35,875 nucleotides of DNA from Alphaproteobacteria bacterium (GCA_963583595.1 CAUZWC010000002.1:1-35875), one strand, 5' to 3'; positions 9,158 to 17,419 are shown, counted from the first letter of the stretch. Numbers and translations are program-made. The notes: generated by a model not told the origin, from the sequence alone.

Positions 9158-9345
9158 TAAGTTATCGACATTCAATACAAGAATTGAACATCGCCGGCCC
9201 GGGGCGAGTCAAGCGGGGCGAGGCGATATCCCGCGTTCGCCGATCGATGATGGCCCACTCCGGCTTCGGACGGCAGGTCCGAGCGCCTTTTGCGCTTTGT
9301 CAGCTCAATAAGCCGTTGATAGATTGGGCGCTTCGGGGGCGACCC

Positions 9346-10251
9346 ATGGGGGCGGAAACAGCCAAAAGGGCCAGGAACATATCAGTCGAGGGGCGCCGAA
9401 CGTCGGCATCGGCGGAAGGGAAAACTGCGACCGCGCAACCGGGGCCGGGCGAGCTGGTCTGGCGCGGGCGGCTGCGCGCGTTGGTCGAGTCCGGGCGGTT
9501 TCAATATGCAATCATCGGGGTCATCGTCGCCAATTCGATCGTGATCGGGCTGCAGACTTCGCCCTCGATCCTGGCCAGTTACGGCGGCCTGCTCGACATT
9601 TTGGACAAGATCGCGCTCGGCATTTTTATCGTCGAGATCGGCCTCAAGATCGCGACCTACCGCATCGGTTATTTCCGGAGCGGCTGGAACCTGTTCGACT
9701 TCACGATCGTGGCGGTCGCTCTCGTGCCGGGCGGCCAGGGCCTGACTGTGCTGCGGACGATGCGAATCCTGCGGGTGCTGCGCCTGCTTTCGGCCATTCC
9801 CACCATGCGTCTGGTCGTCCAGGGACTGTTCGCGGCGATCCCATCCATGGGCTCGGTCCTGGCCCTGCTCGGCCTCGTCTTCTACATCTTTGCGGTGATG
9901 GCCACGAAACTGTTCGGTGCCCAGTTCCCTGAGTGGTTCGCCAATATCGGCGCGTCGTCCTACACCCTGTTCCAGATCATGACTCTGGAATCCTGGTCGA
10001 TGGGGATCGTCCGGCCTGTCATGGAAGTCTTTCCCCACGCTTGGCTGTTCTTCGTGCCCTTCATCCTGCTCACCAGCTTCGCGGTGCTGAACCTGTTCAT
10101 CGCGATCATCGTCAACTCGATGAACGAGGTCAGCGAGGAGGGCATGGAGAGGGAATTGGATGCGCTGAGCGCGCTGCGGCTGGAAGTGAGGATGCTGCGC
10201 GAGGAACTCGCGGCGGAGAACGGTCGCCCGAAGCCCGGGGCGGCTGAATAG
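9346..10251 (+). CDS. Bacterial voltage-gated sodium channel (BacNaV, NaChBac/NavMs-like single 6-TM domain)
   Basis: This is the C-terminal part of track ORF 8662..10251. The upstream part of that ORF is antisense to the SDR gene. ATG at 9346-9348. S4 reads LTVLRTMRILRVLRLLSAIPTMR (Arg at every third position). The pore/selectivity filter is FQIMTLESWSMGIVRPVM, which is the LESWSM sodium filter. A C-terminal coiled-coil-like MERELDALSALRLEVRMLREEL follows. Confidence 0.85.
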   Translation: MGAETAKRARNISVEGRRTSASAEGKTATAQPGPGELVWRGRLRALVESGRFQYAIIGVIVANSIVIGLQTSPSILASYGGLLDILDKIALGIFIVEIGLKIATYRIGYFRSGWNLFDFTIVAVALVPGGQGLTVLRTMRILRVLRLLSAIPTMRLVVQGLFAAIPSMGSVLALLGLVFYIFAVMATKLFGAQFPEWFANIGASSYTLFQIMTLESWSMGIVRPVMEVFPHAWLFFVPFILLTSFAVLNLFIAIIVNSMNEVSEEGMERELDALSALRLEVRMLREELAAENGRPKPGAAE

Positions 10252-10294
10252 ACGCTTAGCCGGACGCCCCTGTTGAGGCCTGAAACAGGCGCTT

Positions 10295-10320
10295 CGTCCT
10301 GCCGATGAATCGGCAGGACG
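10295..10320. terminator. Bidirectional hairpin between convergent genes (sodium channel and udh-like)
   Basis: CGTCCTGCCGA-tgaa-TCGGCAGGACG, a perfect 11-bp stem, 44 nt after the channel stop and 15 nt after the udh-like stop. Confidence 0.6.
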
Positions 10321-10334
10321 GGCGCCGCGGAGGG

Positions 10335-11156
10335 TTAGGCGTTTTCGAAGCCCTCGTCGTCTGGGTGGCCGTATTCGCAGAACACGCCGCCGACGAATTC
10401 CACGCCGGGGGCGAGGGGGTCGCCCGGCTCGGTCCGGGCCTCGACCGCCTCGCGGTAGGCTTCCGCGCTGTCCTTCGGCTGGTAGCCCAGATGGGCGACC
10501 TTGTGATTCGAAAAGAAGGCTTCCTTGTTGTCGGAGATGCCATAGACGACCGTGTAGCCGATGCGCTCGGCCAGCAGGCAGCGTTCGACCAGATGGACGA
10601 GATCGTTGAAGCTGAGCCAGGTCGCTAGATGGCGGCGGTTGTCGGGCTCCGGGAAGCTCGAATTGATCCGCAGCAGGGCGGATTCCATGCCGAACTTGTT
10701 GAAGTAGAGGCGGGCCAGATCCTCAACGAAGCATTTGGACAGGCCGTAGAGGGAGTCGGGCCGTCCGGGCGTGTCGGTATCGGCGCCTTCCTCGCGCCGG
10801 CAATAGCCGACGGCATGGATCGAGCTGGCATAGACGATGCGCTTGATGCCGTGGCGGCGCGCCGCCTCATAGACGTTGTAGCCGCCGATGATCGAGGAGT
10901 TCAAGACATCGGCCCAGGGCCGCTCGACCGGGGCGGCGCCGAAATGGACGATGGCGTCGCAGCCCTCGACGACCTTCATCACGGCGTCGAAATCGCCCAG
11001 ATCGCACTGCATGATTTCTTCGTTGCCGGCCGCCGCGCTGATCTCCTTGCGGTCGGTCAGGCGAATCTTGGTCGCCAGCGGGGCGAGGCCCTTGCGCAGC
11101 ACGGTGCCTAGATTGCCGGCGGCGCCGGTGATCAGCAGTCGTTCGAAACGTGGCAT
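10335..11156 (-). CDS. udh: NAD-dependent epimerase/dehydratase-fold oxidoreductase, uronate dehydrogenase-like
   Basis: Track ORF of 273 aa. LLITGAAGNLGTVLRKGLAP...IRLTD, MQCDLGDFDAVMKVVEGCDAIVHFG, IVYASSIHAVGY, PDSLYGLSKCFVEDLARLYFNKFGMESALLRI. As I recall it, this is colinear with Agrobacterium/Pseudomonas Udh. Confidence 0.65.
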   Translation of the reverse strand: MPRFERLLITGAAGNLGTVLRKGLAPLATKIRLTDRKEISAAAGNEEIMQCDLGDFDAVMKVVEGCDAIVHFGAAPVERPWADVLNSSIIGGYNVYEAARRHGIKRIVYASSIHAVGYCRREEGADTDTPGRPDSLYGLSKCFVEDLARLYFNKFGMESALLRINSSFPEPDNRRHLATWLSFNDLVHLVERCLLAERIGYTVVYGISDNKEAFFSNHKVAHLGYQPKDSAEAYREAVEARTEPGDPLAPGVEFVGGVFCEYGHPDDEGFENA

Positions 11157-11263
11157 GGGTCGTCCTTCTCTTCGGAATGAAAACCGTGTCGGGGCCCACC
11201 GCCCCGGGGGCCAGGGACGACGGCGGGATAATCAAGCTGGCTGCCGAAACATCCGTAGCCGGC

Positions 11264-11354
11264 CCTTCGAGACGGCCCTGCGGGCCTCCTCAGGGTGAGG
11301 CATGAAATACGTTTCCTCATCCTGAGGAACTCGCGCCAGCGGGCGTCTCGAAGG
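11264..11354. repeat. Palindromic REP/MITE-like intergenic element, copy A
   Basis: CCTTCGAGACG GCCCTGCGGGCC TCCTCAGGGTGAGG ...14 nt... CCTCATCCTGAGGA.....CGTCTCGAAGG. The outer and inner arms are inverted repeats. 11262-11301 is identical to 31642-31681. Confidence 0.85.
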
Positions 11355-11397
11355 ATGACTGGCGCGATGCTCCTTTTTCAACAGCCCGCTGGCGCGT

Positions 11398-12141
11398 CTA
11401 CTCGGCGGCGGCGACGACGGCGGCCGGTCGGTTGGCGCGCCACAGACGGCCGACCCCGAAGCCCTCGGCCCAGGGCACGCTGGCGAGAACGCAGGAATGC
11501 CAGACCGTGGCCTGGTTGGCGCTGACCACAGGCTTGCCCAGGCGCTCCTCGAGAATGGGAATCGCCTCCAGGGTCGCGAGATTGGTGCAGGAGATGACCA
11601 GGCCCTCGGCGTCCGGGGTGTCGGTTTCCATGCCGACCCGCACGACCTCCTCGGCCGAAACTTCGGCGATGCCTTCCTCCAGGCCCATATGGCGGACTTG
11701 GCTGACGCCGATGCCGCCTTCCTCGAGGAAGCTGCCGAGACGGACGCTGACCTCCTCGACATAGGGCGCGGCGACGGCAACCTGCTTGAGGCCTAGGGCG
11801 CGGCAGCCGGCCAGAATGCCGCCCGAGGTCGTGGTCGCGGGCGAGCCGGAGACTTCCGTGATCTGGCGCCGGATCGCCGCCTCGCCCGCCAGGCCGCGGA
11901 TGAAGCTGGCGGAGGTGCAGGCGAAGCCGATGGCGGCCGGTGCGATGATCTTCAGGCTGTCGGCGCAGGGCTCCAGGGTGCCGTCATCGACCAGGCCGGA
12001 CATGCTCTCGAGCCCGACATGGGCGCTGCACAGCGGCTGGCGGGTGAAATGCAGGGACACGCCGGGCGGGGCGAAGTCCCAGAACTCCCGGTCCAGCGCC
12101 CCATCGCCGGGATAGATGATGCCGATGCGCGTATCGCCCAT
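11398..12141 (-). CDS. Asp/Glu/hydantoin racemase superfamily protein, maleate cis-trans isomerase/arylmalonate decarboxylase-like
   Basis: Track ORF of 247 aa. IGIIYPGDGALDREF, with two candidate catalytic Cys motifs, GFACTSASF and VISCTNLATL, and a C-terminal PVVSANQATVWH. Confidence 0.7.
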   Translation of the reverse strand: MGDTRIGIIYPGDGALDREFWDFAPPGVSLHFTRQPLCSAHVGLESMSGLVDDGTLEPCADSLKIIAPAAIGFACTSASFIRGLAGEAAIRRQITEVSGSPATTTSGGILAGCRALGLKQVAVAAPYVEEVSVRLGSFLEEGGIGVSQVRHMGLEEGIAEVSAEEVVRVGMETDTPDAEGLVISCTNLATLEAIPILEERLGKPVVSANQATVWHSCVLASVPWAEGFGVGRLWRANRPAAVVAAAE

Positions 12142-12157
12142 GACAATGCCCCTTTAT

Positions 12158-13477
12158 TCAGACCTGGCTCAGCAGGTCTTTGCGCGTAACCAGGAAATCC
12201 TCGAAGGCGGCGGCAAGGCCGTCGAACTCCGCATCGCCCATGGGCAGGGACAGGACCATCATGCCGCGCCGCGCGATGTAATGGTCGCGGGTCAGCATAT
12301 CGAGATGGAACATGTCCTTAGCCGGCCCGTTGTCGGAATAGGCGTCGGCGATGGAATGGATCGGATCGCGGTTGAAATGTACGCACATCATCGAGCCCAT
12401 GCCGGTGATCTGGATGGGCAGGGCGTGCTTTTCGGCGAGGCCCTGCAGCCGCGTGCGCAGCTTGTCACCGCGGGCGTTGAACTCAACCGCGACCTCGGGC
12501 GTGTAGATCTGGCTGAGCCCGGTATAGCCAGCCGCCATGGTCAGGACGTTCTGGTTGAACGTGCCGGCATGGGGATAGGAGTCGGGCTTGCGCGGATCGT
12601 AGCGGTCCATGATATCGGCCCGGCCGGCGAAGGCGCCGAAGGTCAGGCCGCCGCCGATATATTTCCCGAAGGTCGTCATGTCCGGCATGATGTTGTGGAT
12701 TTCCTGCGCGCCGCCGGGGGCGAGGCGCGAGGTCATGACCTCGTCGAAGATCAGGATGATGCCGCGTTTCGCGGTCTCGTCGCGCAGCATCTGCAGGTAT
12801 TCGTGGGTCGCCGGAATGCAGCCCGCGCCGCCGGCCATCGGCTCGACCACCACGCAGGCGAGGTCGTCGCCAAATTCGGCGATCTTCTGTCGCGTGCTTT
12901 CGGAATCGTTGTAATCGGCGATGACATAATCGAAGGGCGCGTTGACCGGGGTACCGCCGGGGCGGAAGGAGAGCACGCCGCCGTGATAGCCGCCTTCCAT
13001 CACCATCACCTTGTTCCGGCCGGTGACGGCGCGGGCGGTGACGATGGCCATCATGTTCGATTCGGTGCCCGAATTGGTGAAGCGCACCCGCTCGACCGAG
13101 GGCCAGCGATCGACGATCATCTGGGCCAGTTTGGCCTCGGTCTCGTTATGGCCGCCCAGGACGATGCCGTTGTCCAGCGCGGTTTTCACCGCGGCGATGA
13201 TCTTGGCGTTGGAATGGCCATAGAGCCCGGCCGTGTATTCGCCGACGAAATCCGTGTATTCGTGCCCATCCACGTCCCAGACATGGCAGCCTTCGCCCTT
13301 GGCGAGGGTCAGCGGGAAGGGGCTGTAGAACAGGACGGTGCGCGAATTGCCGCCGGGCAGCGCCTTGCAGGCGGCGTCATAGACCGACTTGCTCTTCGGA
13401 TTGTTTGCGGTGAAGCGCTGGGCGGCCTCGTCATAGGCTGCTTCCAGGCCGTAATTCCGCTGGGCTTGGACGTTCAT
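12158..13477 (-). CDS. Class III (PLP fold type I) aminotransferase, glutamate-1-semialdehyde aminomutase-like
   Basis: Track ORF of 439 aa. LPGGNSRTVLFY.PFPL, G.HVWDVDGHEYTDFVGEYTAGLYGHSN, VRFTNSGTESNMMAI, ILIFDEVMTSRL..GG, and TFGKYIGGGLTFGAF, where the GK is the presumed PLP lysine. Confidence 0.8.
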   Translation of the reverse strand: MNVQAQRNYGLEAAYDEAAQRFTANNPKSKSVYDAACKALPGGNSRTVLFYSPFPLTLAKGEGCHVWDVDGHEYTDFVGEYTAGLYGHSNAKIIAAVKTALDNGIVLGGHNETEAKLAQMIVDRWPSVERVRFTNSGTESNMMAIVTARAVTGRNKVMVMEGGYHGGVLSFRPGGTPVNAPFDYVIADYNDSESTRQKIAEFGDDLACVVVEPMAGGAGCIPATHEYLQMLRDETAKRGIILIFDEVMTSRLAPGGAQEIHNIMPDMTTFGKYIGGGLTFGAFAGRADIMDRYDPRKPDSYPHAGTFNQNVLTMAAGYTGLSQIYTPEVAVEFNARGDKLRTRLQGLAEKHALPIQITGMGSMMCVHFNRDPIHSIADAYSDNGPAKDMFHLDMLTRDHYIARRGMMVLSLPMGDAEFDGLAAAFEDFLVTRKDLLSQV

Positions 13478-13603
13478 GGCTCCCTCCCCGATGTCGGTCC
13501 TTTATTCAGATCGGGAGACTACACCAGAACGTGTTATGAACGGCAAGCCATGCTTGGGTGGACTGTCGCGCCGCCCGACAAGGATCGCGCCGAAGCGACC
13601 GTG

Positions 13604-14554
13604 TCACGGTTTCGCGGAATCGCTCTTCCATCGGGAGACCGGCTGGTCGGTATCGACCCCCGCCATTTCCGCCATGAAGGCCACGATGCTGTTGATGTCG
13701 CGCCGGCCCCAGCCCTTGGCGACCATCATCTGGTAGAGCTCGACGATCTGCGCGCCCATGGGCATGGGCACGCCGACCTGACGCGCCAACTCGTTGGCCA
13801 GGCGAAAATCCTTGTAGCGCAGGTCGATGGAGAAGCTTACATGCTCTGGGTCGTCGGCGGTTAGCCGGGAAATGGCCTGTTCCAGACTCTGGCTTCCGGC
13901 ATTGGCGTTGCGGCAGATTTCCATGGTGCGCTGGGCGGGAATGCCCATGGCGGCGGCGACGGCGACGCCCTCGGCGATGGCGACGCGGGTGGCCCCGGCG
14001 ATGTAGTTCGTGACCAGTTTCATGGTGCTGCCCTGGCCGATCTCACCGACATGATAGACATATCGCCCCATCGGTTTGAGGATCGCCTCGATGCGAGGGA
14101 AGTCCTCCTTCGGCGCGCCGACGAGGAAAGTCGCGGCGCCCTGTTTGACCGTCTCGGGCCCGGTCGCGCCGGCGACCGGGGTGCTGACCGGGGCTTCGAC
14201 ATAGGTGATTCCGTGTTTCGCCGCGCGGCGCGCCATCTCCGTGCCGGTTTCGGGATCGCTGCTGGTCGTGTCGATGATCAGCAGGCCGCGCTTGGCATTG
14301 GCGATCATGCCCGCGGGGCCGTCTAGCACGGCGCGGACGGCCACCGGGTTGGGCAGGGACAGGAGGATGACGTCGCATTCGGCCGCCAGGCCGGCGACAT
14401 CGGCAGCCGGTGTGGCGCCGACCGCAAGCATGGCGTCAACGCGGGAGGCATCGCTGTCGACGACGCCCAGCGCGCCGTAGGCTTTGACCAGATGCACCGC
14501 CAATTCGCGGCCCACGGAGCCGAAACCGATGAGGCCGACTTTTTCCTTCGTCAT
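13604..14554 (-). CDS. NAD(P)-dependent beta-hydroxyacid dehydrogenase (3-hydroxyisobutyrate/6-phosphogluconate DH family), copy 1
   Basis: Track ORF 13604..14629, with ATG at 14552-14554 (MTKEKVGLIGFGSVGRELAVHL...). VILLSLPNPVAV, YVEAPVS, GQGSTMKLVTNY, KDFRLANELA. Confidence 0.8.
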   Translation of the reverse strand: MTKEKVGLIGFGSVGRELAVHLVKAYGALGVVDSDASRVDAMLAVGATPAADVAGLAAECDVILLSLPNPVAVRAVLDGPAGMIANAKRGLLIIDTTSSDPETGTEMARRAAKHGITYVEAPVSTPVAGATGPETVKQGAATFLVGAPKEDFPRIEAILKPMGRYVYHVGEIGQGSTMKLVTNYIAGATRVAIAEGVAVAAAMGIPAQRTMEICRNANAGSQSLEQAISRLTADDPEHVSFSIDLRYKDFRLANELARQVGVPMPMGAQIVELYQMMVAKGWGRRDINSIVAFMAEMAGVDTDQPVSRWKSDSAKP

Positions 14555-14615
14555 TCTTTCCCCCCTCGAGATTTGAGATGCCTTCGCAGGCGCCAACCTC
14601 CGCGACGGTTGGGGG

Positions 14616-14690
14616 GAAATCAAGGACATGGCCGTGACCGATGGGTGCGCCTCGGCTGTCAGGAGGTATCGGCTCGTCCGCCGCGCGGCT
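14616..14690 (+). pseudogene. Degenerate 5' fragment of a type C SDR gene, with its leader (duplication scar)
   Basis: GAAATCAAGGACAT at 14616-14629 is identical to 15717-15730, the leader of the SDR gene at 15736. The sequence that follows, ggccgtgaccgatgggtgcgc...aggaggtatcggctcg...cgcggctctag, aligns with gaps to SDR codons ggccgttgtgaccggcggtgcgc agggtatcggcttgg...cgcggctgctgg. It ends at the stop codon of the HIBADH-like copy 2. Confidence 0.5.
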
Positions 14691-15632
14691 CTAGCGTTTT
14701 TCGTCCCAGCGCGATTCGGGCCGGTCGATATCGACGCCGGCCATCTCGGCCACGAAAGCGATGATGCTGTTGATGTCGCGTTTGCCCCAGCCCTTGGCGA
14801 GCACCATCTGGTAGAGTTCGACGATGGGGCCGCCCAAGGGCATGGGCACGCCGAGGCTGCGTCCCAACTCGTTGGCCAGACGGAAATCCTTGTAGCGCAG
14901 GTCGATCGCGAAGCCGACGCCGTTGGGGTTGTCGCCGGTCAGCCGGGCGACGGCCTCGTCCAAGGTCTGGCTGGCGGCGGCGGCCTTGCCGCAGACTTCC
15001 ATCGTGCGCTCGGCCGGGATGCCCATGGCGGCGGCCAGGGCGATGCCCTCGGCCAAGGCGATGCGGGTCGCCCCGGCGACATAGTTCGTGACCAGCTTCA
15101 TGGCGCTGCCTCGTCCGACCGGGCCGATATGGAAGATATGGCGTGCCATGGGGGCGAGCAGCGCTTCGGCGCGGGCGAAGTCCTCCTCCTCCGCCCCGAC
15201 GATGAAGGTGCCGTTGCCCTGGCGCACGGTTTCCGACCCGGTCACGCCGGGGCACGGGGTGCTGATCGGCGCCTCGACATAAGCGACGCCGCGCTCCGCC
15301 GCGCGGCGCGCCATCTCTGTGCCGGTCGCCGGATCGCTGCTGGTCGTGTCGACGATCAGCAGGCCGGGTTTGGCATTGGCGGTCACCCCCGCAGGCCCGT
15401 CGAGCACGGCGCGCACGGCGGCCGGATTGGGCAGGGACAGGAGAATGGCGTTACATTCGGCCGCCAGGGTGGCGACATCCGCGACCGGCGTGGCGCCGAC
15501 CGCGCGCATCGCTTCCGCGCAGGACGGATTGTTGTCGACGGCGCCCAGTGCGCCATGGGCCTTGACCAGGTGGACCGCCAGCTCCCGGCCCACGGTGCCG
15601 AAGCCGATCAGGCCGATTTTCTCCGTCGTCAT
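14691..15632 (-). CDS. NAD(P)-dependent beta-hydroxyacid dehydrogenase (HIBADH family), copy 2
   Basis: Track ORF of 313 aa. MTTEKIGLIGFGTVGRELAVHLVKAHGALG..., colinear with copy 1 along its full length. Confidence 0.8.
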   Translation of the reverse strand: MTTEKIGLIGFGTVGRELAVHLVKAHGALGAVDNNPSCAEAMRAVGATPVADVATLAAECNAILLSLPNPAAVRAVLDGPAGVTANAKPGLLIVDTTSSDPATGTEMARRAAERGVAYVEAPISTPCPGVTGSETVRQGNGTFIVGAEEEDFARAEALLAPMARHIFHIGPVGRGSAMKLVTNYVAGATRIALAEGIALAAAMGIPAERTMEVCGKAAAASQTLDEAVARLTGDNPNGVGFAIDLRYKDFRLANELGRSLGVPMPLGGPIVELYQMVLAKGWGKRDINSIIAFVAEMAGVDIDRPESRWDEKR

Positions 15633-15735
15633 GTTTCCCCCCTCAGGAAGGATGTAGCCTTCGCCGTCGATTGACAGGCGAAGCGCGCGGTCGCTACCGT
15701 TCTTGGCGTTGAGGGAGAAATCAAGGACATAGCTT

Positions 15736-16482
15736 ATGAGCGACGGACGCTTCGACGGTCAGGTGGCCGTTGTGACCGGCGGTGCGCAGGGTATCGGCTT
15801 GGCTATCTCGCGGCTGCTGGCGGAACGGGGGGCAACCGTCTGCATCCTCGATCTGGACGAGGAATTGGCGGGCAAAACGGCCAAGGGGCTGGGCGACGTG
15901 GGGCCGGAAGGCCGAGCCTATTTCGGCGACGTGACCGACGAGCCCGGCCTGATCGCGGCGCGCGACAGGATTCTGAGCGATTTCGGCCATGTCGAAGTGC
16001 TGGTCAATAATGCCGGGGTCTATCCCCATGCGACGATCCGCGAACTGACGGTCGAAACCTGGAACACGATGTTCGACGTCAACGCCAAGGGCGTGCTGCT
16101 GACGACCCGGACCTTCATGGATCCGATGATCGAAAAGAAATACGGCCGCATCGTCAGCGTGGTCACCAACGACGCCTATATAGCCAAGCCGACGACGCCG
16201 GCCTATGCCGCCTCGAAGGCGGCGGTGCTGAGCCTGATCAGGACCTTCGCACTGGAACTGGCCCCCCATCAGGTGCTGTGCAACGGGGTCAGCCCGGGCG
16301 CGGTGGCGACCGAGAAGACCAAGACCCAGAAATGGTTGGTCGAGAAGGTGCCGCTGATTCCCTTGCGCCGTGCGGCGACGCCCGAGGACATGGCGGAATA
16401 CGTCGCCTTCCTGTCGTCCAACCGCAACCGCTTCATGACCGGTGAGACGATCGTCACCAATGGTGGCTGGTCGATGTTCTAG
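15736..16482 (+). CDS. Short-chain dehydrogenase/reductase (type C, copy 1 of 4)
   Basis: Track ORF of 248 aa. VAVVTGGAQGIGLAI, LVNNAGVYP, GRIVSVVTNDAYIAKPTTPAYAASKAAVLSL, VLCNGVSPGAVATE. Confidence 0.85.
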   Translation: MSDGRFDGQVAVVTGGAQGIGLAISRLLAERGATVCILDLDEELAGKTAKGLGDVGPEGRAYFGDVTDEPGLIAARDRILSDFGHVEVLVNNAGVYPHATIRELTVETWNTMFDVNAKGVLLTTRTFMDPMIEKKYGRIVSVVTNDAYIAKPTTPAYAASKAAVLSLIRTFALELAPHQVLCNGVSPGAVATEKTKTQKWLVEKVPLIPLRRAATPEDMAEYVAFLSSNRNRFMTGETIVTNGGWSMF

Positions 16483-16508
16483 GGACGGGCGGGGGCGGTG
16501 CTGATCAT

Positions 16509-16623
16509 CCTTCGAGACGCGCGCTCTGCGCGCTCCTCAGGATGAGGAGGGAGAGGACGTAACCTTTGCCTTAGAGCCCTCACCCTGAGGAGGCTGCGAC
16601 GCAGCCGTCTCAAAGGGCGAGGG
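16509..16623. repeat. Palindromic REP/MITE-like intergenic element, copy B (opposite orientation to A and D)
   Basis: CCTTCGAGACGCGCGCTCTGCGCGCTCCTCAGGATGAGG ... CCTCACCCTGAGGAGGCTGCGACGCAGCCGTCTCAAAGGGCGAGGG, between SDR type C copies 1 and 2. Confidence 0.85.
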
Positions 16624-16669
16624 GGCGTGGACAAGAATTTCGTTCGAGGATAGCAAGAGGGAGACGGCC

Positions 16670-17419
16670 ATGGCCGAGACGGATGAGTTCAAGGGACAAG
16701 TCGCCGCGGTCACCGGCGGCGCGGTCGGGATCGGCTTCGCGATCTGCAAGCTGTTGGCCCAGCGCGGTGCGCAGGTCTGCATTCTCGACCTCGACGAGGG
16801 CAAAGCCGTCGAGGCGGCCAAGAAGCTCGGCGAATGGGGCCTCGAAGGCCGCGCCTATAAGGTCGATGTGACGAAGGAAAACACGATCCAGGCCGCGCGC
16901 GACGCGATTCTGAAAGATTTTGGCCATGTCGAGGTGCTGGTCAACAACGCCGGCATCTATCCCCAGGCCAGCCTGCGCGAGATCACCATCGAGGGCTGGG
17001 ACCAGATGTTCGACGTCAACGCCAAGAGCGTGCTACTGACGACGCGGACCTTCATGGACCCGATGATCGAGAAGAAATACGGCCGCATCGTCACCATCGG
17101 CACGATCGACGCCTACAACCCCAAGCCGACGACTCCGCATTATGCTGCGTCCAAGGCGGCGGTGCTGAGTCTGATCAAGACCTTCGCGGCGGAACTCGCG
17201 CCCCATCAGGTGCTATGCAACGGCGTCAGCCCCGGCGCGGTGGCGACCGAGCGGGCCAAGGCCTCCGACTGGCTGCCCAAGCGCCTGCCGCTGATCCCGC
17301 TGGGCCGCGCGGCGGAGCCGGAGGACATGGCCGAATACGTCGTCTTCTTGGCCTCCAACCGCAACCGCTTCATGACCGGCGAGACGGTTATCGCGAGCGG
17401 CGGCTTCACGATGATCTGA
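16670..17419 (+). CDS. Short-chain dehydrogenase/reductase (type C, copy 2 of 4)
   Basis: Track ORF of 249 aa with SD GAGGGAGA. Colinear with copy 1 (MFDVNAK.VLLTTRTFMDPMIEKKYGRIV shared verbatim). Confidence 0.85.
   Translation: MAETDEFKGQVAAVTGGAVGIGFAICKLLAQRGAQVCILDLDEGKAVEAAKKLGEWGLEGRAYKVDVTKENTIQAARDAILKDFGHVEVLVNNAGIYPQASLREITIEGWDQMFDVNAKSVLLTTRTFMDPMIEKKYGRIVTIGTIDAYNPKPTTPHYAASKAAVLSLIKTFAAELAPHQVLCNGVSPGAVATERAKASDWLPKRLPLIPLGRAAEPEDMAEYVVFLASNRNRFMTGETVIASGGFTMI

Noticed and set aside
8662-9345. An N-terminal 228-aa extension of the sodium-channel ORF.
   Set aside because: The extension is antisense to the SDR gene at 8353-9111 and has no channel-like sequence. BacNaVs are about 250-300 aa. 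The ATG at 9346 gives S1 after about 50 residues.
12151-12162. The AT-rich 12-mer CCTTTATTCAGA (TCTGAATAAAGG on the coding strand), repeated at 13499-13510, each time just upstream of a minus-strand start codon.
   Set aside because: Flanking sequence shows no further similarity. Dozens of chance 12-mer repeats are expected in 2 x 36 kb. The first copy is largely explained by a stop codon plus the AAAGGGG ribosome-binding site of the next gene.
12116-13864. A 582-aa plus-strand ORF. Similar long ORFs occur at 1181-2041, 1692-2927, 3329-4801, 5861-7615, 14628-15674, 18297-20249 (minus), 22061-23293, 24849-26246 (minus), 26081-27613 (minus), 28230-29510, 29528-31126 (minus) and 33219-34982.
   Set aside because: All of them lie antisense to genes with clear family signatures. 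They are dominated by Arg/Gly/Asp/His/Pro runs and lack recognisable motifs. These are the expected shadow ORFs of a roughly 66% GC genome with high GC3.
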